From Oscillospiraceae bacterium (lineage in GTDB: Bacteria; Bacillota; Clostridia; Oscillospirales; SIG627): a stretch of 64,000 nucleotides of DNA. Of this stretch, positions 17,054 through 28,601 are shown in pieces (position 1 is the first letter of the stretch; every line of letters starts with the position of its first letter). A program made the translations under genes and the position numbers. Where the stretch lies: assembly GCA_015065265.1 (NCBI GenBank), contig SVQQ01000002.1, positions 21,582 to 85,581 of the forward strand, in the 5' to 3' direction. The notes beneath the pieces are model-generated. The model was not told the DNA's origin. It did no database searches and was given only the letters and a program-made list of their open reading frames with translations.

Positions 17054-18394
17054 GTGTTCAATCCTAAATTTGAAGAAAGGATGCTTCATATTTTAGGTGA
17101 AGAGGGCTTTGAAAGTTATAAAAGTGAATTTTCAAGGAAAAGTCCAAGAGCTTTCAGAGTAAATTCCTTAAAAGCGGGAGACGTTGACGTGAGTTCTCTT
17201 TTCGATTTTGAACTTTGCCCTGTCCCCTACTGTGAAAATGCTTTCTATTTTGATTATGACAAAATAGGCGCTCATCCTTTGCATCATGCGGGACTTATTT
17301 ACGTTCAGGAGCCAGGGGCTATGGTGCCTGTATCCACTATCAAAATCGAGCCTGATTTCAAAATATTTGACACTTGTGCTTCTCCTGGGGGAAAGTCACT
17401 TCAAGCGTCGTCTTTCCTTAATGAAAAAGGCTTTATATTATCAAATGAAATTTCTTCCCAGAGAGTTAAGGTTATGGCAGGTAACTTTGAAAGAATGGGG
17501 GTAAAAAATGCTGTCATTACTTCATCTGAGGTTGGGGTGGTGGCAAAACAATTTGAGGACTTTTTCGACCTTGTTATTGTAGATGCTCCCTGCTCAGGTG
17601 AGGGAATGTTTAGAAAAGAGCCTGAGGCTTTGAAAAACTGGAGTGAGGACTACGTACTCCTTTGCGCCGAAAGGCAAAAGGAGATTTTAGAAAGTGCCTC
17701 AGTTTCCGTCAGAGGTGGCGGTTATCTTATCTATTCCACCTGCACCTTTTCCGTTGAGGAAAACGAAGGGGTTGTAAATGACTTTTTAAGTCGGCACACG
17801 GATTTTGAACTTGTATCCCCTTGCAAGAGAGTTTTAGATTACACGCTTTCAGGGGTTGGAAGTGACAAATTCAGACGCTTTTACCCTCACGTTGCTCCAG
17901 GTGAAGGGCAGTTCTCGGCACTCCTTCAAAGAAAAGGCGATGCTTTTTCACCCGCAAAAATTTCTGGCGGTGCGTTGGAACTGACAAAGGAAGAAAGGAA
18001 GATAACCGAAGATTTCTTAAAGGACACACTTATCTCTTTTGACCCAAGTTTCATTAAAAAGTTCAAGGACTACGTGGTATATATCGACCCTGAAATTCCC
18101 GTTCCACAAAAGATTACTTACTCCTGTGGGGTGACTCTCGGGGAAGTAAGGCACAATTATTTTCAACCTCATCATCAACTTTTCTCGGCTATGGGAAATC
18201 TCTTTAAGAAAAAAATAAATCTCTCCCTTGACGACCCAAGACTTGAGTCTTATCTTAAAGGAGAGAGTATAAACTACGATATTGAAAACGGTTGGGTGTC
18301 GGTGTTAGCAAATTCTGTTTGCCTTGGTGGTGGAAAAGCGGTGAATGGGCAGATTAAAAACCATTACCCGAAGGGACTGAGAATTCAACATTGA
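17054..18394 (+). CDS. NOL1/NOP2/Sun-family rRNA m5C methyltransferase (RsmF-like)
   Basis: DTCASPGGKS, DAPCSGEGMFRK and YSTCTF motifs. C-terminal RsmF-type extension. GTG start after GGGGGTGG. Confidence 0.8.
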   Translation: MFNPKFEERMLHILGEEGFESYKSEFSRKSPRAFRVNSLKAGDVDVSSLFDFELCPVPYCENAFYFDYDKIGAHPLHHAGLIYVQEPGAMVPVSTIKIEPDFKIFDTCASPGGKSLQASSFLNEKGFILSNEISSQRVKVMAGNFERMGVKNAVITSSEVGVVAKQFEDFFDLVIVDAPCSGEGMFRKEPEALKNWSEDYVLLCAERQKEILESASVSVRGGGYLIYSTCTFSVEENEGVVNDFLSRHTDFELVSPCKRVLDYTLSGVGSDKFRRFYPHVAPGEGQFSALLQRKGDAFSPAKISGGALELTKEERKITEDFLKDTLISFDPSFIKKFKDYVVYIDPEIPVPQKITYSCGVTLGEVRHNYFQPHHQLFSAMGNLFKKKINLSLDDPRLESYLKGESINYDIENGWVSVLANSVCLGGGKAVNGQIKNHYPKGLRIQH

Positions 18395-18416
18395 TTATCT
18401 GCAAATTTCAATTCCT

Positions 18417-18812
18417 TTATCCCACATGGGTGCCGACAGTTGAAACCACGGCGACAAGATTTCCGAGGTCGTCGGTGACGCTTATTTCATAAAAGCAACT
18501 TCTTTTTCCGTCTTTTAAGAGTTTTGAGGTAGCAATAAGAGTGTCCCCTTTAACTGTACCTATAAAAGAAATGTTGCTTGAAATTGTGACGGTGATACCC
18601 TGTCCACGATTGGTACTGACTGCAAAAGCGAAGTCGGCAAGGGTGAAAATCACTCCTCCCATTACCTGATTTGCGGCATTTTTATGTCGTGAATCAAGTT
18701 TAAGGGTACATTTTGCAAACTTATCCCCTATTTCTTCTATTACAATTCCTGTTGCAGAAGTTGCGAAAACGTCGCCTTCAAAAAAATTCCTTACTCTTTC
18801 AAGTTCTGTCAT
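18417..18812 (-). CDS. PaaI-family hotdog-fold thioesterase
   Basis: About 130 aa. HKNAANQVMGGVIFTLADFAF pattern typical of PaaI/YbgC-like thioesterases. Confidence 0.75.
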   Translation of the reverse strand: MTELERVRNFFEGDVFATSATGIVIEEIGDKFAKCTLKLDSRHKNAANQVMGGVIFTLADFAFAVSTNRGQGITVTISSNISFIGTVKGDTLIATSKLLKDGKRSCFYEISVTDDLGNLVAVVSTVGTHVG

Positions 18813-18885
18813 AAACTTTTCACCTCAATCTTTTACTTGATTATACTATGGGGCTTTCAAATTTTCAATACAAAGGTGTGTTATT

Positions 18886-19473
18886 TTGAAAAAATTTTTG
18901 TGGTTTCACGACCTGTTTCTTATAATTATCGGTGCTTTTATACTGGCTTTCGGCATATATGAAATTCATTCCCTGTCGGGTGTTACCGAAGGTGGTGTAT
19001 TGGGACTCGCTTTACTTTTTGAGCATCACTTTGACCTATCCCCTGCAATTTCGAGTTTAATTATGAATATAATTTGCTATGGCTTTGGGTTAAAGATACT
19101 TGGCAAGAAGTTTTTAATTTCTTCTGCTATTGCAACGCCTGTTTTTTCTCTTTCTTATAGGCTTCTTGAACTGACTCCTCCCATTTTTCCGGAAATTTAC
19201 AACTACCCTTTAGTTGCCTGTATTATAGGTGCAATTTTTGTCGGTGTGGGGGCAGGTTTATGTGTTAAGGCAGGGGGAGCGCCGACGGGTGACGATGCAC
19301 TGGCTATGGGATTTTCCTCTCTTTTGAAAGTGAAGATTGAAAGGATTTATCTTTTAAGCGACCTTACGGTGCTTCTTTTATCTCTTACCTATATACCCTT
19401 AAAACGTATTGTCTTCTCGGTAATTACAGTTATCTTATCGGGGAAAATCATAGGTATTATAAATAAAAAATAA
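18886..19473 (+). CDS. multi-pass membrane protein, YitT-membrane-domain-like (tentative)
   Basis: Five or six hydrophobic helices. GGAPTGDDALA-type motif. No soluble domain. Confidence 0.45.
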   Translation: MKKFLWFHDLFLIIIGAFILAFGIYEIHSLSGVTEGGVLGLALLFEHHFDLSPAISSLIMNIICYGFGLKILGKKFLISSAIATPVFSLSYRLLELTPPIFPEIYNYPLVACIIGAIFVGVGAGLCVKAGGAPTGDDALAMGFSSLLKVKIERIYLLSDLTVLLLSLTYIPLKRIVFSVITVILSGKIIGIINKK

Positions 19474-19479
19474 TTTTTA

Positions 19480-19511
19480 GGAGACAATTTTAAAAATTGT
19501 CTCCCTTTTTT
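19480..19511. terminator. bidirectional terminator between convergent genes
   Basis: GGAGACAATTT-taaa-AATTGTCTCC followed by CTTTTTT. Confidence 0.7.
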
Positions 19512-20199
19512 ATTGGTATTCAAAGAGAGTCACTTTTTTACTCTTGTCACAGACACCAAGGAAAATATCTTTTGCGCTTTTATATCCTTGGCTTTTTATC
19601 TGTTTTTCAAGCCATTTTAAGTCCACTCCCATAAGGGTCAAGTTTTCCTCAATAATTCGTCCGTCCATTATGACTTCTACGTTTATATACTCCTTTTGGG
19701 GTTGTAAATTCAGGTCCTGTGGAGTGACTGGGCGATTTTCTGCGGTAGGTAAAATGGTGATTTTTCCGTTGTGTTCAAAAACTGCCGTCTCTATACTATT
19801 TAAATTAAAATATCCTTGTTCACGACACATTACCATAAACTCGCTTAAATCCAGTTTTGCGATTTTCATATTTTTATGATACAGTTTTCCGCCGTTCATC
19901 AAAATGGTAGGAGCACCGTTGATATATTTTCTTGCTTTGGTGAATTTAGATGCGGTAAAACTCAAAAGTACCGAGACAATTCCGTAAATAATTAAAGCGG
20001 TAAGGCATCTTAGCGGTGTTTCTAACTCTATTGACAGTTCGGCGGCAATCGAGCCGATAGTTATACCTGTAATATAATCGAAAAAGTCCAGTTGTGCCAT
20101 TTGTTTATGTCCCATAATCTTAGTGATGAGAAATATAGAGACTACCGACAGTAAAGAGGTTAAAACTGTTTTAACAATATCCATTTTATTTTCTCCCAT
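19510..20199 (-). CDS. YetF/DUF421-family membrane protein
   Basis: N-terminal TM helices with the QLDFFDYITGITIGSIAA motif. C-terminal soluble domain as in the YetF family. Confidence 0.55.
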   Translation of the reverse strand: MGENKMDIVKTVLTSLLSVVSIFLITKIMGHKQMAQLDFFDYITGITIGSIAAELSIELETPLRCLTALIIYGIVSVLLSFTASKFTKARKYINGAPTILMNGGKLYHKNMKIAKLDLSEFMVMCREQGYFNLNSIETAVFEHNGKITILPTAENRPVTPQDLNLQPQKEYINVEVIMDGRIIEENLTLMGVDLKWLEKQIKSQGYKSAKDIFLGVCDKSKKVTLFEYQ

Positions 20200-20244
20200 T
20201 TCAATTTTTCAAATAATTATTGACAAATATTAGGAGAAAAAAAC

Positions 20245-20280
20245 AAAAGGCATAGCCCGAAAAATCGGGTTATGCCTTTT
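20245..20280 (-). terminator. rho-independent terminator of the str operon (after tuf)
   Basis: Minus strand: AAAAGGCATAACCCGA-tttt-TCGGGCTATGCCTTTT followed by GTTTTTTT. Confidence 0.8.
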
Positions 20281-20294
20281 AAAGCTTTATTTAA

Positions 20295-21500
20295 TTAGCC
20301 TTTGATTTCAGAAACAACGCCTGAACCAACTGTTCTACCACCTTCACGGATAGCGAAACGGAGACCCTTTTCGATAGCGATAGGTGTGATAAGTTCAACG
20401 TTCATATCAACGTTATCGCCGGGGTTGCACATTTCAACACCATCGGGAAGAGTGATAACGCCTGTAACGTCTGTAGTTCTGAAGTAGAACTGAGGTCTGT
20501 AGTTTGTGAAGAAGGGCTTATGACGGCCACCTTCTTTTTCTGTAAGAACGTAAACCTGTCCTACGAAAGAAGTGTGAGGATTGATTGAACCGGGTTTAGC
20601 AAGAACCTGTCCTCTTTCGATTTCGTTCTTCTGGATACCACGGAGAAGAAGACCAACGTTGTCACCTGCTTCAGCATCGTCCATGAGTTTGTGGAACATT
20701 TCGATACCTGTAACAACTGTCTTTCTGCTTTCGTCTGAAAGACCAACAAGTTCAACTTCTTCGTTCATCTTGATAGTACCACGTTCTACTCTACCAGTAG
20801 CAACTGTACCACGGCCTGAGATAGAGAATACGTCTTCTACAGGCATAAGGAAAGGAAGATCAGCCTTTCTGTCGGGAGTAGGAATGTAGCTGTCAACTGC
20901 TGCCATGAGTTCCTTGATAGGAGCATATTCAGCTGCAGTGGGATCTGTGCTTTCAGAGATAAGAGCTTCTCTTGCTGAACCACGAACGATCGGAATATCA
21001 TCTCCGGGGAAATCGTACTCATCAAGGAGTCCTCTGATTTCCATTTCAACGAGTTCAAGAAGTTCTTCGTCGTCAACCATATCGCACTTGTTGATGAATA
21101 CAACGAGAGCGGGAACGCCTACCTGACGAGCAAGAAGGATGTGTTCACGAGTCTGCTGCATGGGACCGTCTGTACCAGCAACAACGAGGATACCGCCGTC
21201 CATCTGAGCAGCACCTGTGATCATGTTCTTAACGTAGTCAGCGTGGCCGGGACAGTCAACGTGTGCATAGTGTCTGTTTTCTGTTTCGTACTCAACGTGT
21301 CTTGTGTTGATCGTGATACCACGTGCTCTTTCTTCGGGAGCATTGTCGATCTGGTCATATGCCATAGCTTCGTTCTTGTCGTTACCGAGAGAGAGATACT
21401 TTGTGATTGCAGCGGTAAGAGTTGTCTTACCATGGTCAACGTGACCGATAGTACCAATGTTAACGTGGGGTTTTGTTCTTTCGAATTTTGCCTTTGCCAT
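20295..21500 (-). CDS. tuf: elongation factor Tu
   Basis: [40 protein letters not shown]. Confidence 0.98.
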   Translation of the reverse strand: MAKAKFERTKPHVNIGTIGHVDHGKTTLTAAITKYLSLGNDKNEAMAYDQIDNAPEERARGITINTRHVEYETENRHYAHVDCPGHADYVKNMITGAAQMDGGILVVAGTDGPMQQTREHILLARQVGVPALVVFINKCDMVDDEELLELVEMEIRGLLDEYDFPGDDIPIVRGSAREALISESTDPTAAEYAPIKELMAAVDSYIPTPDRKADLPFLMPVEDVFSISGRGTVATGRVERGTIKMNEEVELVGLSDESRKTVVTGIEMFHKLMDDAEAGDNVGLLLRGIQKNEIERGQVLAKPGSINPHTSFVGQVYVLTEKEGGRHKPFFTNYRPQFYFRTTDVTGVITLPDGVEMCNPGDNVDMNVELITPIAIEKGLRFAIREGGRTVGSGVVSEIKG

Positions 21501-21539
21501 TGTGATTTTCCTCCAATTTTATAAGTTTTGTTTATTTTT

Positions 21540-23663
21540 TTACGCTTTTGCTTTGCCAGCAACAATTTCTTCCTGAATACTCTTAGGAACTTCCTGATAG
21601 TGACTTGGTTCCATTGTGTATTGTCCACGACCCTGTGTCTTTGAACGAAGGTCTGTTGCATAGCCGAACATACATGCAAGAGGTACAAATGCGTTAATTT
21701 CCTGAACGCCCTGTCCTACCTGCTCCATACCCTGAATCTGTCCACGACGAGAGTTAATGTCACCAATAACGTCTCCCATGTAGTCGTCGGGTACTACTAC
21801 GACTACCTTCATGATAGGCTCGGTGAGAACGGGATCTGCCTTTCTCATACCTTCCTTGAATGCCATTGAAGCGGCAATCTTGAACGCCATTTCTGAGGAG
21901 TCAACTTCGTGGTAAGAACCGTCGTAAAGTGTTACCTTAACGTCAACTACGTTGTATCCTGCGATAACACCGGATGTCATAGCACCCTGTACACCTGCAT
22001 CAACTGCGGGAATGTATTCCTTAGGAATGTTACCACCAACAACCTTGTTGATGAATTCGTAACCCTTGCCTGATTCGTTGGGTTCGATGATCATCTTAAC
22101 GTGACCGTACTGACCCTTACCACCAGACTGACGTGCATACTTGTGGTCAACGTCTGCAGACTTGCGGATGGTTTCCTTGTATGCAACCTGAGGCTTACCT
22201 ACGTCTGCTTCTACGTGGAATTCACGAAGAAGTCTGTCAACGATGATTTCCAGGTGCAATTCGCCCATTCCGGCGATAATTGTCTGACCTGTTTCTTCAT
22301 CTGTATAGCAACGGAACGTGGGGTCTTCTTCAGCAAGTTTCTGAAGGGCGATACCCATCTTTTCCTGTCCTGCTTTTGTTTTGGGTTCTATCGCAACTCT
22401 GATAACGGGTTCGGGGAACTCCATAGATTCAAGTACGATAGGATGGTCTTCATTACAAAGTGTGTCACCTGTTGTAGTGTTCTTTACACCAACAACTGCG
22501 GCGATGTCACCTGCATAAAGTTCAGAAATATCAATTCTGTTGTTAGAGTGCATCTGAACGATACGTCCAAGACGTTCTCTGGACTGCTTTGTTGCGTTAT
22601 ATACAGTTTCACCTGCGGTGATTTTACCTGAATAAACACGAATGAAACAAAGTTTTCCAACAAAGGGGTCGGTAGCAATCTTGAATGCAAGTGCTGCGAA
22701 AGGAGCGTTGTCGTCTGTAGGACGCTCGTCCTCTTCTCCTGTTATCTGGTCAACACCCTTGATGTGGGGAATGTCCAGAGGAGAAGGCATATAGTCGATA
22801 ACTGCGTCAAGAAGTTTCTGTACGCCTTTGTTTTTATAAGATGTACCGCAGCATACGGGTACAATCTTGTTGTCGATTGTAGCACGACGAAGAGCTGCCT
22901 TGAGTTCGGGAACTGTAAGTTCTTCTCCTTCAAGGTACTTCATCATAAGGTCATCATCGGTTTCTGCAATCTTTTCAATAAGGTCAGCGTGATACTGTTC
23001 TGCCTTGTCCTTCATATCTGCGGGAATGTCTTCCTCAAGAATGTCTGTACCAAGGTCGTTAGTATAAATGAACGCCTTCATTTTGAAAAGGTCGATAATA
23101 CCTCTGAACTCTGATTCTGCTCCGATAGGAAGCTGAATCGGTACAGCATTTGCTTTAAGACGGTCGTGCATCATTCCTACAACGCGGTAGAAGTTTGCAC
23201 CCATAATATCCATCTTATTTACGTATGCCATACGGGGAACTTTGTACTTGTCAGCCTGACGCCATACGGTTTCAGACTGAGGTTCAACGCCTCCCTTTGC
23301 ACAGAATACTGTAACTGAACCGTCAAGTACTCTGAGTGAACGTTCAACTTCAACTGTGAAGTCAACGTGGCCGGGGGTGTCGATGATGTTTATACGGTGT
23401 TTGTTAGCCTCAACGGTTTTTTGGTCTGTATGGAAGTCTGAATGAGCCCAATAACATGTTGTTGCAGCAGATGTGATTGTGATACCACGTTCCTGCTCCT
23501 GCTCCATCCAGTCCATTGTTGCAGAACCTTCGTGAGTTTCACCGATTTTATGAGTTTTACCGGTATAGAAAAGAATACGTTCTGTTGTGGTAGTCTTTCC
23601 CGCGTCAATGTGCGCCATGATACCGATATTTCTTGTTTTTTCAAGTGAACAATCTCTTGGCAT
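21540..23663 (-). CDS. fusA: elongation factor G
   Basis: [31 protein letters not shown]. Full five-domain length (707 aa). Confidence 0.98.
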   Translation of the reverse strand: MPRDCSLEKTRNIGIMAHIDAGKTTTTERILFYTGKTHKIGETHEGSATMDWMEQEQERGITITSAATTCYWAHSDFHTDQKTVEANKHRINIIDTPGHVDFTVEVERSLRVLDGSVTVFCAKGGVEPQSETVWRQADKYKVPRMAYVNKMDIMGANFYRVVGMMHDRLKANAVPIQLPIGAESEFRGIIDLFKMKAFIYTNDLGTDILEEDIPADMKDKAEQYHADLIEKIAETDDDLMMKYLEGEELTVPELKAALRRATIDNKIVPVCCGTSYKNKGVQKLLDAVIDYMPSPLDIPHIKGVDQITGEEDERPTDDNAPFAALAFKIATDPFVGKLCFIRVYSGKITAGETVYNATKQSRERLGRIVQMHSNNRIDISELYAGDIAAVVGVKNTTTGDTLCNEDHPIVLESMEFPEPVIRVAIEPKTKAGQEKMGIALQKLAEEDPTFRCYTDEETGQTIIAGMGELHLEIIVDRLLREFHVEADVGKPQVAYKETIRKSADVDHKYARQSGGKGQYGHVKMIIEPNESGKGYEFINKVVGGNIPKEYIPAVDAGVQGAMTSGVIAGYNVVDVKVTLYDGSYHEVDSSEMAFKIAASMAFKEGMRKADPVLTEPIMKVVVVVPDDYMGDVIGDINSRRGQIQGMEQVGQGVQEINAFVPLACMFGYATDLRSKTQGRGQYTMEPSHYQEVPKSIQEEIVAGKAKA

Positions 23664-23738
23664 TTTATTTCTCCTTTCAATAGTTTTATTAATTTCCGAA
23701 TTTTGTGAATTTTATTAAATGAATCGAAAAGACGGAAA

Positions 23739-24209
23739 TTACCACTTGAAATGAGAGAAAGCCTTGTTGGCTTCTGCCATTTTGTGTGTGTCTTCCTTTT
23801 TCTTTACGGCACTACCTGTGTTGTTGATAGCGTCCATAATTTCACCTGCGAGTCTCTCTGCCATGGTTCTTTCACTTCTTGCTCTTGAATAAGTGATGAG
23901 CCATCTGAGACCGAGAGTCTGTCTTCTTTCAGGTCTAACCTCCATGGGTACCTGATAAGTTGAACCACCTACTCTGCGAGCTTTAACTTCGAGAGTGGGC
24001 ATAATGTTCTCAAGGGCTTTCTGGAATGAATCAAGAGCATTTTCTCCTGTCTTTTCCTGAACAAGTTCAAAAGCATCATATACAATGCTCTGAGCTATAC
24101 CCTTCTTGCCGTCCAGCATAATGTTGTTAACAAGTTTTGTAACAAGTTTTGAACCGTATATAGGATCCGGCAGAACGTCTCTTTTTGAAATTTGACCTCT
24201 TCTTGGCAC
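23739..24209 (-). CDS. rpsG: 30S ribosomal protein S7
   Basis: GTG at 24207-24209 follows GAAGGAGGG and gives (M)[19 protein letters not shown]. The track ORF is extended by 6 codons. Confidence 0.95.
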   Translation of the reverse strand: MPRRGQISKRDVLPDPIYGSKLVTKLVNNIMLDGKKGIAQSIVYDAFELVQEKTGENALDSFQKALENIMPTLEVKARRVGGSTYQVPMEVRPERRQTLGLRWLITYSRARSERTMAERLAGEIMDAINNTGSAVKKKEDTHKMAEANKAFSHFKW

Positions 24210-24375
24210 TGAACTTCCCTCCTTCATAAAATGATATCAGCGGTACTCGGGACAAACTTTTGCCCCGTAAGTGCTTGACCAAACTTCATTATATATATTA
24301 AAGCATTTCGCTGTTTTAATCGTTTGTATTTCAAGCACAAGCTGTTAGTTTTCTGTGTCAGGTCATTATGCAGTA

Positions 24376-24798
24376 TTACTTCTTTGCTGCTTTTGCCTTC
24401 TTTGCTCCGTATTTTGAGCGAGACTGGTTTCTGTTAGCAACGCCCTGTGTATCAAGGGTACCACGGATAATGTGATAACGTACACCGGGAAGGTCTTTAA
24501 CTCTTCCGCCTCTGATCATTACAACAGAGTGTTCCTGTATGTTATGACCGATACCTGGAATATACGCTGTAACTTCATGACCGTTTGTAAGTCTTACTCT
24601 GGCAATCTTACGAAGAGCTGAGTTAGGTTTCTTGGGGGTCTTTGTTGTTACCTTTGTACATACACCACGCTTTTGAGGGGAAGGAACGTTTGTTGCTACC
24701 TTTTTAAGTGTGTTTACACCTGCCTGAAGTGCGGGTGACTTTGACTTATAGGCAACCTGTTCACGACCGTTTCTAACAAGTTGGTTAAATGTTGGCAT
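24376..24798 (-). CDS. rpsL: 30S ribosomal protein S12
   Basis: [12 protein letters not shown]...[10 protein letters not shown]. Confidence 0.97.
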   Translation of the reverse strand: MPTFNQLVRNGREQVAYKSKSPALQAGVNTLKKVATNVPSPQKRGVCTKVTTKTPKKPNSALRKIARVRLTNGHEVTAYIPGIGHNIQEHSVVMIRGGRVKDLPGVRYHIIRGTLDTQGVANRNQSRSKYGAKKAKAAKK

Positions 24799-24912
24799 TC
24801 TTTTTCCTCCTTTTTCAGATTTTTTATAGACACACCAATTCCCGCAGGGGTATCCCCTGCGAGAATCGATATTTCTAACATTTTAGGTATAATTGCACAG
24901 AATTACTACTAT

Positions 24913-24941
24913 ATTTTACATTATTGCATTTTTAATGTCAA
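24913..24941 (-). promoter_or_regulatory. sigma-A-type promoter upstream of rpsL
   Basis: Minus strand: TTGACA (24936-24941), 17 nt, TGTAAAAT (-10 at 24913-24918). Confidence 0.5.
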
Positions 24942-25012
24942 TCAAATTGCAAAATAAATTTAAATTTCAGCAAATTATACAATTACAAAGGGTTTTGTCT
25001 TACTTTTTTATG

Positions 25013-28000
25013 TTAAATCTGCTCAACAGGAGTGGTTACGGCTGTCTGTTCGTTAGATTTAACTTCGATATCGCGGTAAATGTTAAGACCTGTACCTGCA
25101 GGGATAAGTTTACCGATAATAACGTTTTCTTTAAGACCGATAAGTGGGTCAACCTTACCCTTAATAGCGGCTTCTGTAAGAACCTTTGTAGTTTCCTGGA
25201 AGGAGGCTGCTGACAAGAATGATTCTGTTGAAAGAGAAGCCTTTGTAATACCCTGAAGTACAGAAGTATAAGTTGCTTCACGCAAGGTACTTTCCCCTGC
25301 TTTAATTCTCTTTTCAATTTCTTCGTTAGCGGTGATGATTTCAGCAACGTCAACGAGAGCTCCTGCAATAAGTGTGGTGTCTCCTGCGTCCTCTACTCTC
25401 GCCTTTCTTGTCATCTGACGGGCAATAACTTCGATGTGTTTATCGCTGATATCAACGCTTTGCAGACAGTAAACCTTCTGTACTTCGCGGATGATATAAC
25501 TATAAACTGCATCCATGCCCTGAATTCTTGCAATGTCTGACGGGAAGAGAGTACCTTCGGTAAGTCTCTGACCGTGTACTACGTAGTCTCCGTCTTCTGC
25601 CAGAATTCTTGTACTCATTGCAACAGGGTAAGATTTCTCTTCTCCTGTGAGTTCGTTTCTTATAATGAGTCTGTTCTTCTTGGTGTTATCAATGATAATC
25701 TTACCGTCGATTTCGGCGATAATGGCTGTCTTCTTGGGACGACGTGCTTCAAAGAGTTCTTCAACTCTGGGAAGACCCTGAGTAATGTCTCCTCCCGCGA
25801 TACCACCTGTGTGGAAGGTTCTCATGGTAAGCTGGGTACCGGGTTCACCGATAGACTGAGCCGCAAGTATACCAACTGCTTCACCAATATTAACTTCCTT
25901 GCCTGATGCCATGTCGGCACCGTAACAATGTGCACATACTCCATGCTTTGAACGACAGTTGAGAATTGAACGGATATGAACGCCTTGGAAGTTCTTCTTT
26001 TCTTCATCGCTCATAGCGTTAACTACCTTTTCGATAGCAATAGACTGTTCTTCTGAAATGAGGTCTCCGTCGTGAGCAATTATATTTCCGTCCTTATCGG
26101 TGAAGTCACCAATAATGTATCTGCCCACAATTCTTACTCTCAAAGGCTCAATAAGTTCGTTGCCTTCTCTGATTTCGGTGATATATGCACCTCTTGTATC
26201 TCCACAGTCTACCTGACGGATAATAACTTCCTGTGCTACGTCTACAAGACGCCTTGTAAGGTAACCTGAGTCGGCAGTACGAAGCGCTGTATCGGCAAGA
26301 CCTTTACGAGCACCACGGGCTGCGGTGAAGTATTCAAGTATTGTAAGTCCTTCACGGAAGTTTGCTTTGATGGGGATTTCAAGGGTACGTCCTGATGCGG
26401 TAGCCATAAGACCACGCATACCTGCAAGTTGTCTAATCTGCTTGATTGAACCTCTCGCACCGGAGTCCGCCATCATAAAGATGGGGTTGAACTTATCAAG
26501 GTTATCCTGAAGGGCTTTTGCTACGTCGTTGGTAGCAACTTCCCAAGTCTTGATAACTGCGCTTCTTCTTTCTTCGTCGGTAGCAAGACCCATACGATAC
26601 ATCTGGGTGATGCTATCAACCTTGGCATCTGCTTCTTTAAGGATATCCTTCTTCATGGGAGGGATTGTCATATCCGAAACGGAAATAGTGATAGCGCCCT
26701 TTGTAGAATACTTAAAGCCCATAGCCTTGATATCGTCGAGAAGTTTTGAAGTTCTTGCGATACCGCAATATTTAATGGAAGCGTCGATGATATTACCAAG
26801 GTCGTCTTTCTTGACAACGTGGTTTATTTCAAGGACGAAGGCGTCCTCAAGAGTGTTTCTTTCAACAAAGTGAAGGTTCTGGGGGATAACGCTGTTGAAG
26901 ATGTATCTACCCAGAGTACAAGACACAAGTCCTGTTACCTTTTCACCGTTAAATTCGCGTTCTGCACGAATTTTGATAGGTGCGTGAAGACCGAGGTAAC
27001 CGTTTTCGTATGCCATATTGGCTTCGTTGAAGTCACGGTAAACGTTGCCTTCACCCTTCTCACCGCTCTTTTCGTAGGTCAAGTAGTATGAACCGAGAAC
27101 CATGTCCTGAGTGGGAACTGCCACTGCACGACCGTTGGCGGGTTTGAGAAGGTTATTTGCAGAAAGCATAAGGAATCTTGCTTCTGCCTGTGCCTCACTT
27201 GAAAGAGGTACGTGTACAGGCATCTGGTCACCGTCGAAGTCGGCGTTGAACGCTGAACATACAAGAGGGTGAAGTTTGATTGCACGTCCTTCAACGAGAA
27301 CGGGCTCGAATGCCTGAATTGAAAGGCGGTGAAGTGTGGGAGCACGGTTGAGAAGGACGGGATGTTCGCGGATTACCACTTCAAGAGCGTCCCATACTTC
27401 TGTCATCTGATGCTCAACTTTCTTCTTCGCATCCTTAATATTTGTTGATTTTCCTGTCTCAACAAGTCTCTTCATAACGAAGGGCTTGAAGAGTTCAAGT
27501 GCCATTTCCTTAGGAAGTCCGCACTGATAGATTTTCAGTTCGGGTCCTACGACGATAACTGAACGTCCTGAATAGTCAACACGTTTTCCAAGCAGGTTCT
27601 GACGGAAACGTCCCTGCTTACCTCTGAGCATTTCTGACAGAGATTTGAGAGCACGGTTGTTGGGGCCTGTTACGGGACGGCCACGTCTTCCGTTGTCGAT
27701 AAGGGCGTCAACTGCTTCCTGAAGCATACGCTTTTCATTCTTAATAATGATTTCGGGCGCTTTCATTTCAAGAAGTTTTTTAAGACGGTTGTTACGGTTT
27801 ATAACTCGTCTGTAAAGGTCGTTGAGGTCGGACGTTGCAAATCTTCCACCGTCAAGTTGTACCATAGGTCTGATTTCGGGAGGAATTACAGGGAGGATAC
27901 TGAGTATCATCCATTCGGGACGGTTGCCCGAAAGTCTGAACGCTTCAACGACTTCAAGTCTCTTAACTATTCTTGCCTTCTTCTGACCTGATGCGGTAAG

Positions 28001-28582
28001 AAGTTCGTTTTTAAGTTCTTCCGCAGTCTTTTCAAGGTCGATACCTTCAAGGAGGGTACGTACTGCTTCAGCACCCATACCTGCCTCAAACTTGCCCTCG
28101 AATTTTTCCATGGCTTCACGGTATTCTGCTTCCGTGAGAGTCTGCATCTTTTCAAGAGAAGTGTTCTTGGGGTCGGTTACGATATACTGAGCGAAGTAAA
28201 GCACCTTTTCAAGTTGCTTGGGGGAGATATCAAGAAGGAGTCCCATTCTTGAAGGAATGGCTCTGAAGTACCAGATGTGAGAGACGGGGGCTGCAAGTTC
28301 AATGTGGCCCATTCTTTCACGTCTTACTTTTTTAGTTGTTATCTCAACTCCGCACTTTTCGCAGACTTTTCCGAGATATCTTACCTTTTTGTATTTACCG
28401 CAGTAACATTCCCAGTCCTTTGTTGGACCGAAAATCTTTTCGCAGTAAAGACCGTCACGTTCGGGTTTGAGTGTTCTGTAGTTGATGGTTTCGGGTTTTG
28501 TAACCTCACCATAGGACCAAGAACGAATCATTTCGGGAGAAGCAAGACCTATTTTAATTTTGGCAAATTCTTTATTATCCAT
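25013..28582 (-). CDS. rpoC: DNA-directed RNA polymerase subunit beta'
   Basis: Zn-finger [27 protein letters not shown] catalytic motif. 1189 aa. Confidence 0.98.
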   Translation of the reverse strand: MDNKEFAKIKIGLASPEMIRSWSYGEVTKPETINYRTLKPERDGLYCEKIFGPTKDWECYCGKYKKVRYLGKVCEKCGVEITTKKVRRERMGHIELAAPVSHIWYFRAIPSRMGLLLDISPKQLEKVLYFAQYIVTDPKNTSLEKMQTLTEAEYREAMEKFEGKFEAGMGAEAVRTLLEGIDLEKTAEELKNELLTASGQKKARIVKRLEVVEAFRLSGNRPEWMILSILPVIPPEIRPMVQLDGGRFATSDLNDLYRRVINRNNRLKKLLEMKAPEIIIKNEKRMLQEAVDALIDNGRRGRPVTGPNNRALKSLSEMLRGKQGRFRQNLLGKRVDYSGRSVIVVGPELKIYQCGLPKEMALELFKPFVMKRLVETGKSTNIKDAKKKVEHQMTEVWDALEVVIREHPVLLNRAPTLHRLSIQAFEPVLVEGRAIKLHPLVCSAFNADFDGDQMPVHVPLSSEAQAEARFLMLSANNLLKPANGRAVAVPTQDMVLGSYYLTYEKSGEKGEGNVYRDFNEANMAYENGYLGLHAPIKIRAEREFNGEKVTGLVSCTLGRYIFNSVIPQNLHFVERNTLEDAFVLEINHVVKKDDLGNIIDASIKYCGIARTSKLLDDIKAMGFKYSTKGAITISVSDMTIPPMKKDILKEADAKVDSITQMYRMGLATDEERRSAVIKTWEVATNDVAKALQDNLDKFNPIFMMADSGARGSIKQIRQLAGMRGLMATASGRTLEIPIKANFREGLTILEYFTAARGARKGLADTALRTADSGYLTRRLVDVAQEVIIRQVDCGDTRGAYITEIREGNELIEPLRVRIVGRYIIGDFTDKDGNIIAHDGDLISEEQSIAIEKVVNAMSDEEKKNFQGVHIRSILNCRSKHGVCAHCYGADMASGKEVNIGEAVGILAAQSIGEPGTQLTMRTFHTGGIAGGDITQGLPRVEELFEARRPKKTAIIAEIDGKIIIDNTKKNRLIIRNELTGEEKSYPVAMSTRILAEDGDYVVHGQRLTEGTLFPSDIARIQGMDAVYSYIIREVQKVYCLQSVDISDKHIEVIARQMTRKARVEDAGDTTLIAGALVDVAEIITANEEIEKRIKAGESTLREATYTSVLQGITKASLSTESFLSAASFQETTKVLTEAAIKGKVDPLIGLKENVIIGKLIPAGTGLNIYRDIEVKSNEQTAVTTPVEQI

Positions 28583-28601
28583 TATCTATTCTCCTCCTCT
28601 T

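Noticed and set aside
24840-24870. The hairpin TCGCAGGGGA-tac-CCCTGCGGGA in the rpsL leader / rpoC 3' region might be a terminator or riboswitch.
   Set aside because: No T-run follows on the transcribed (minus) strand, and I could not recognise any conserved riboswitch core. I leave it as an unexplained leader hairpin.
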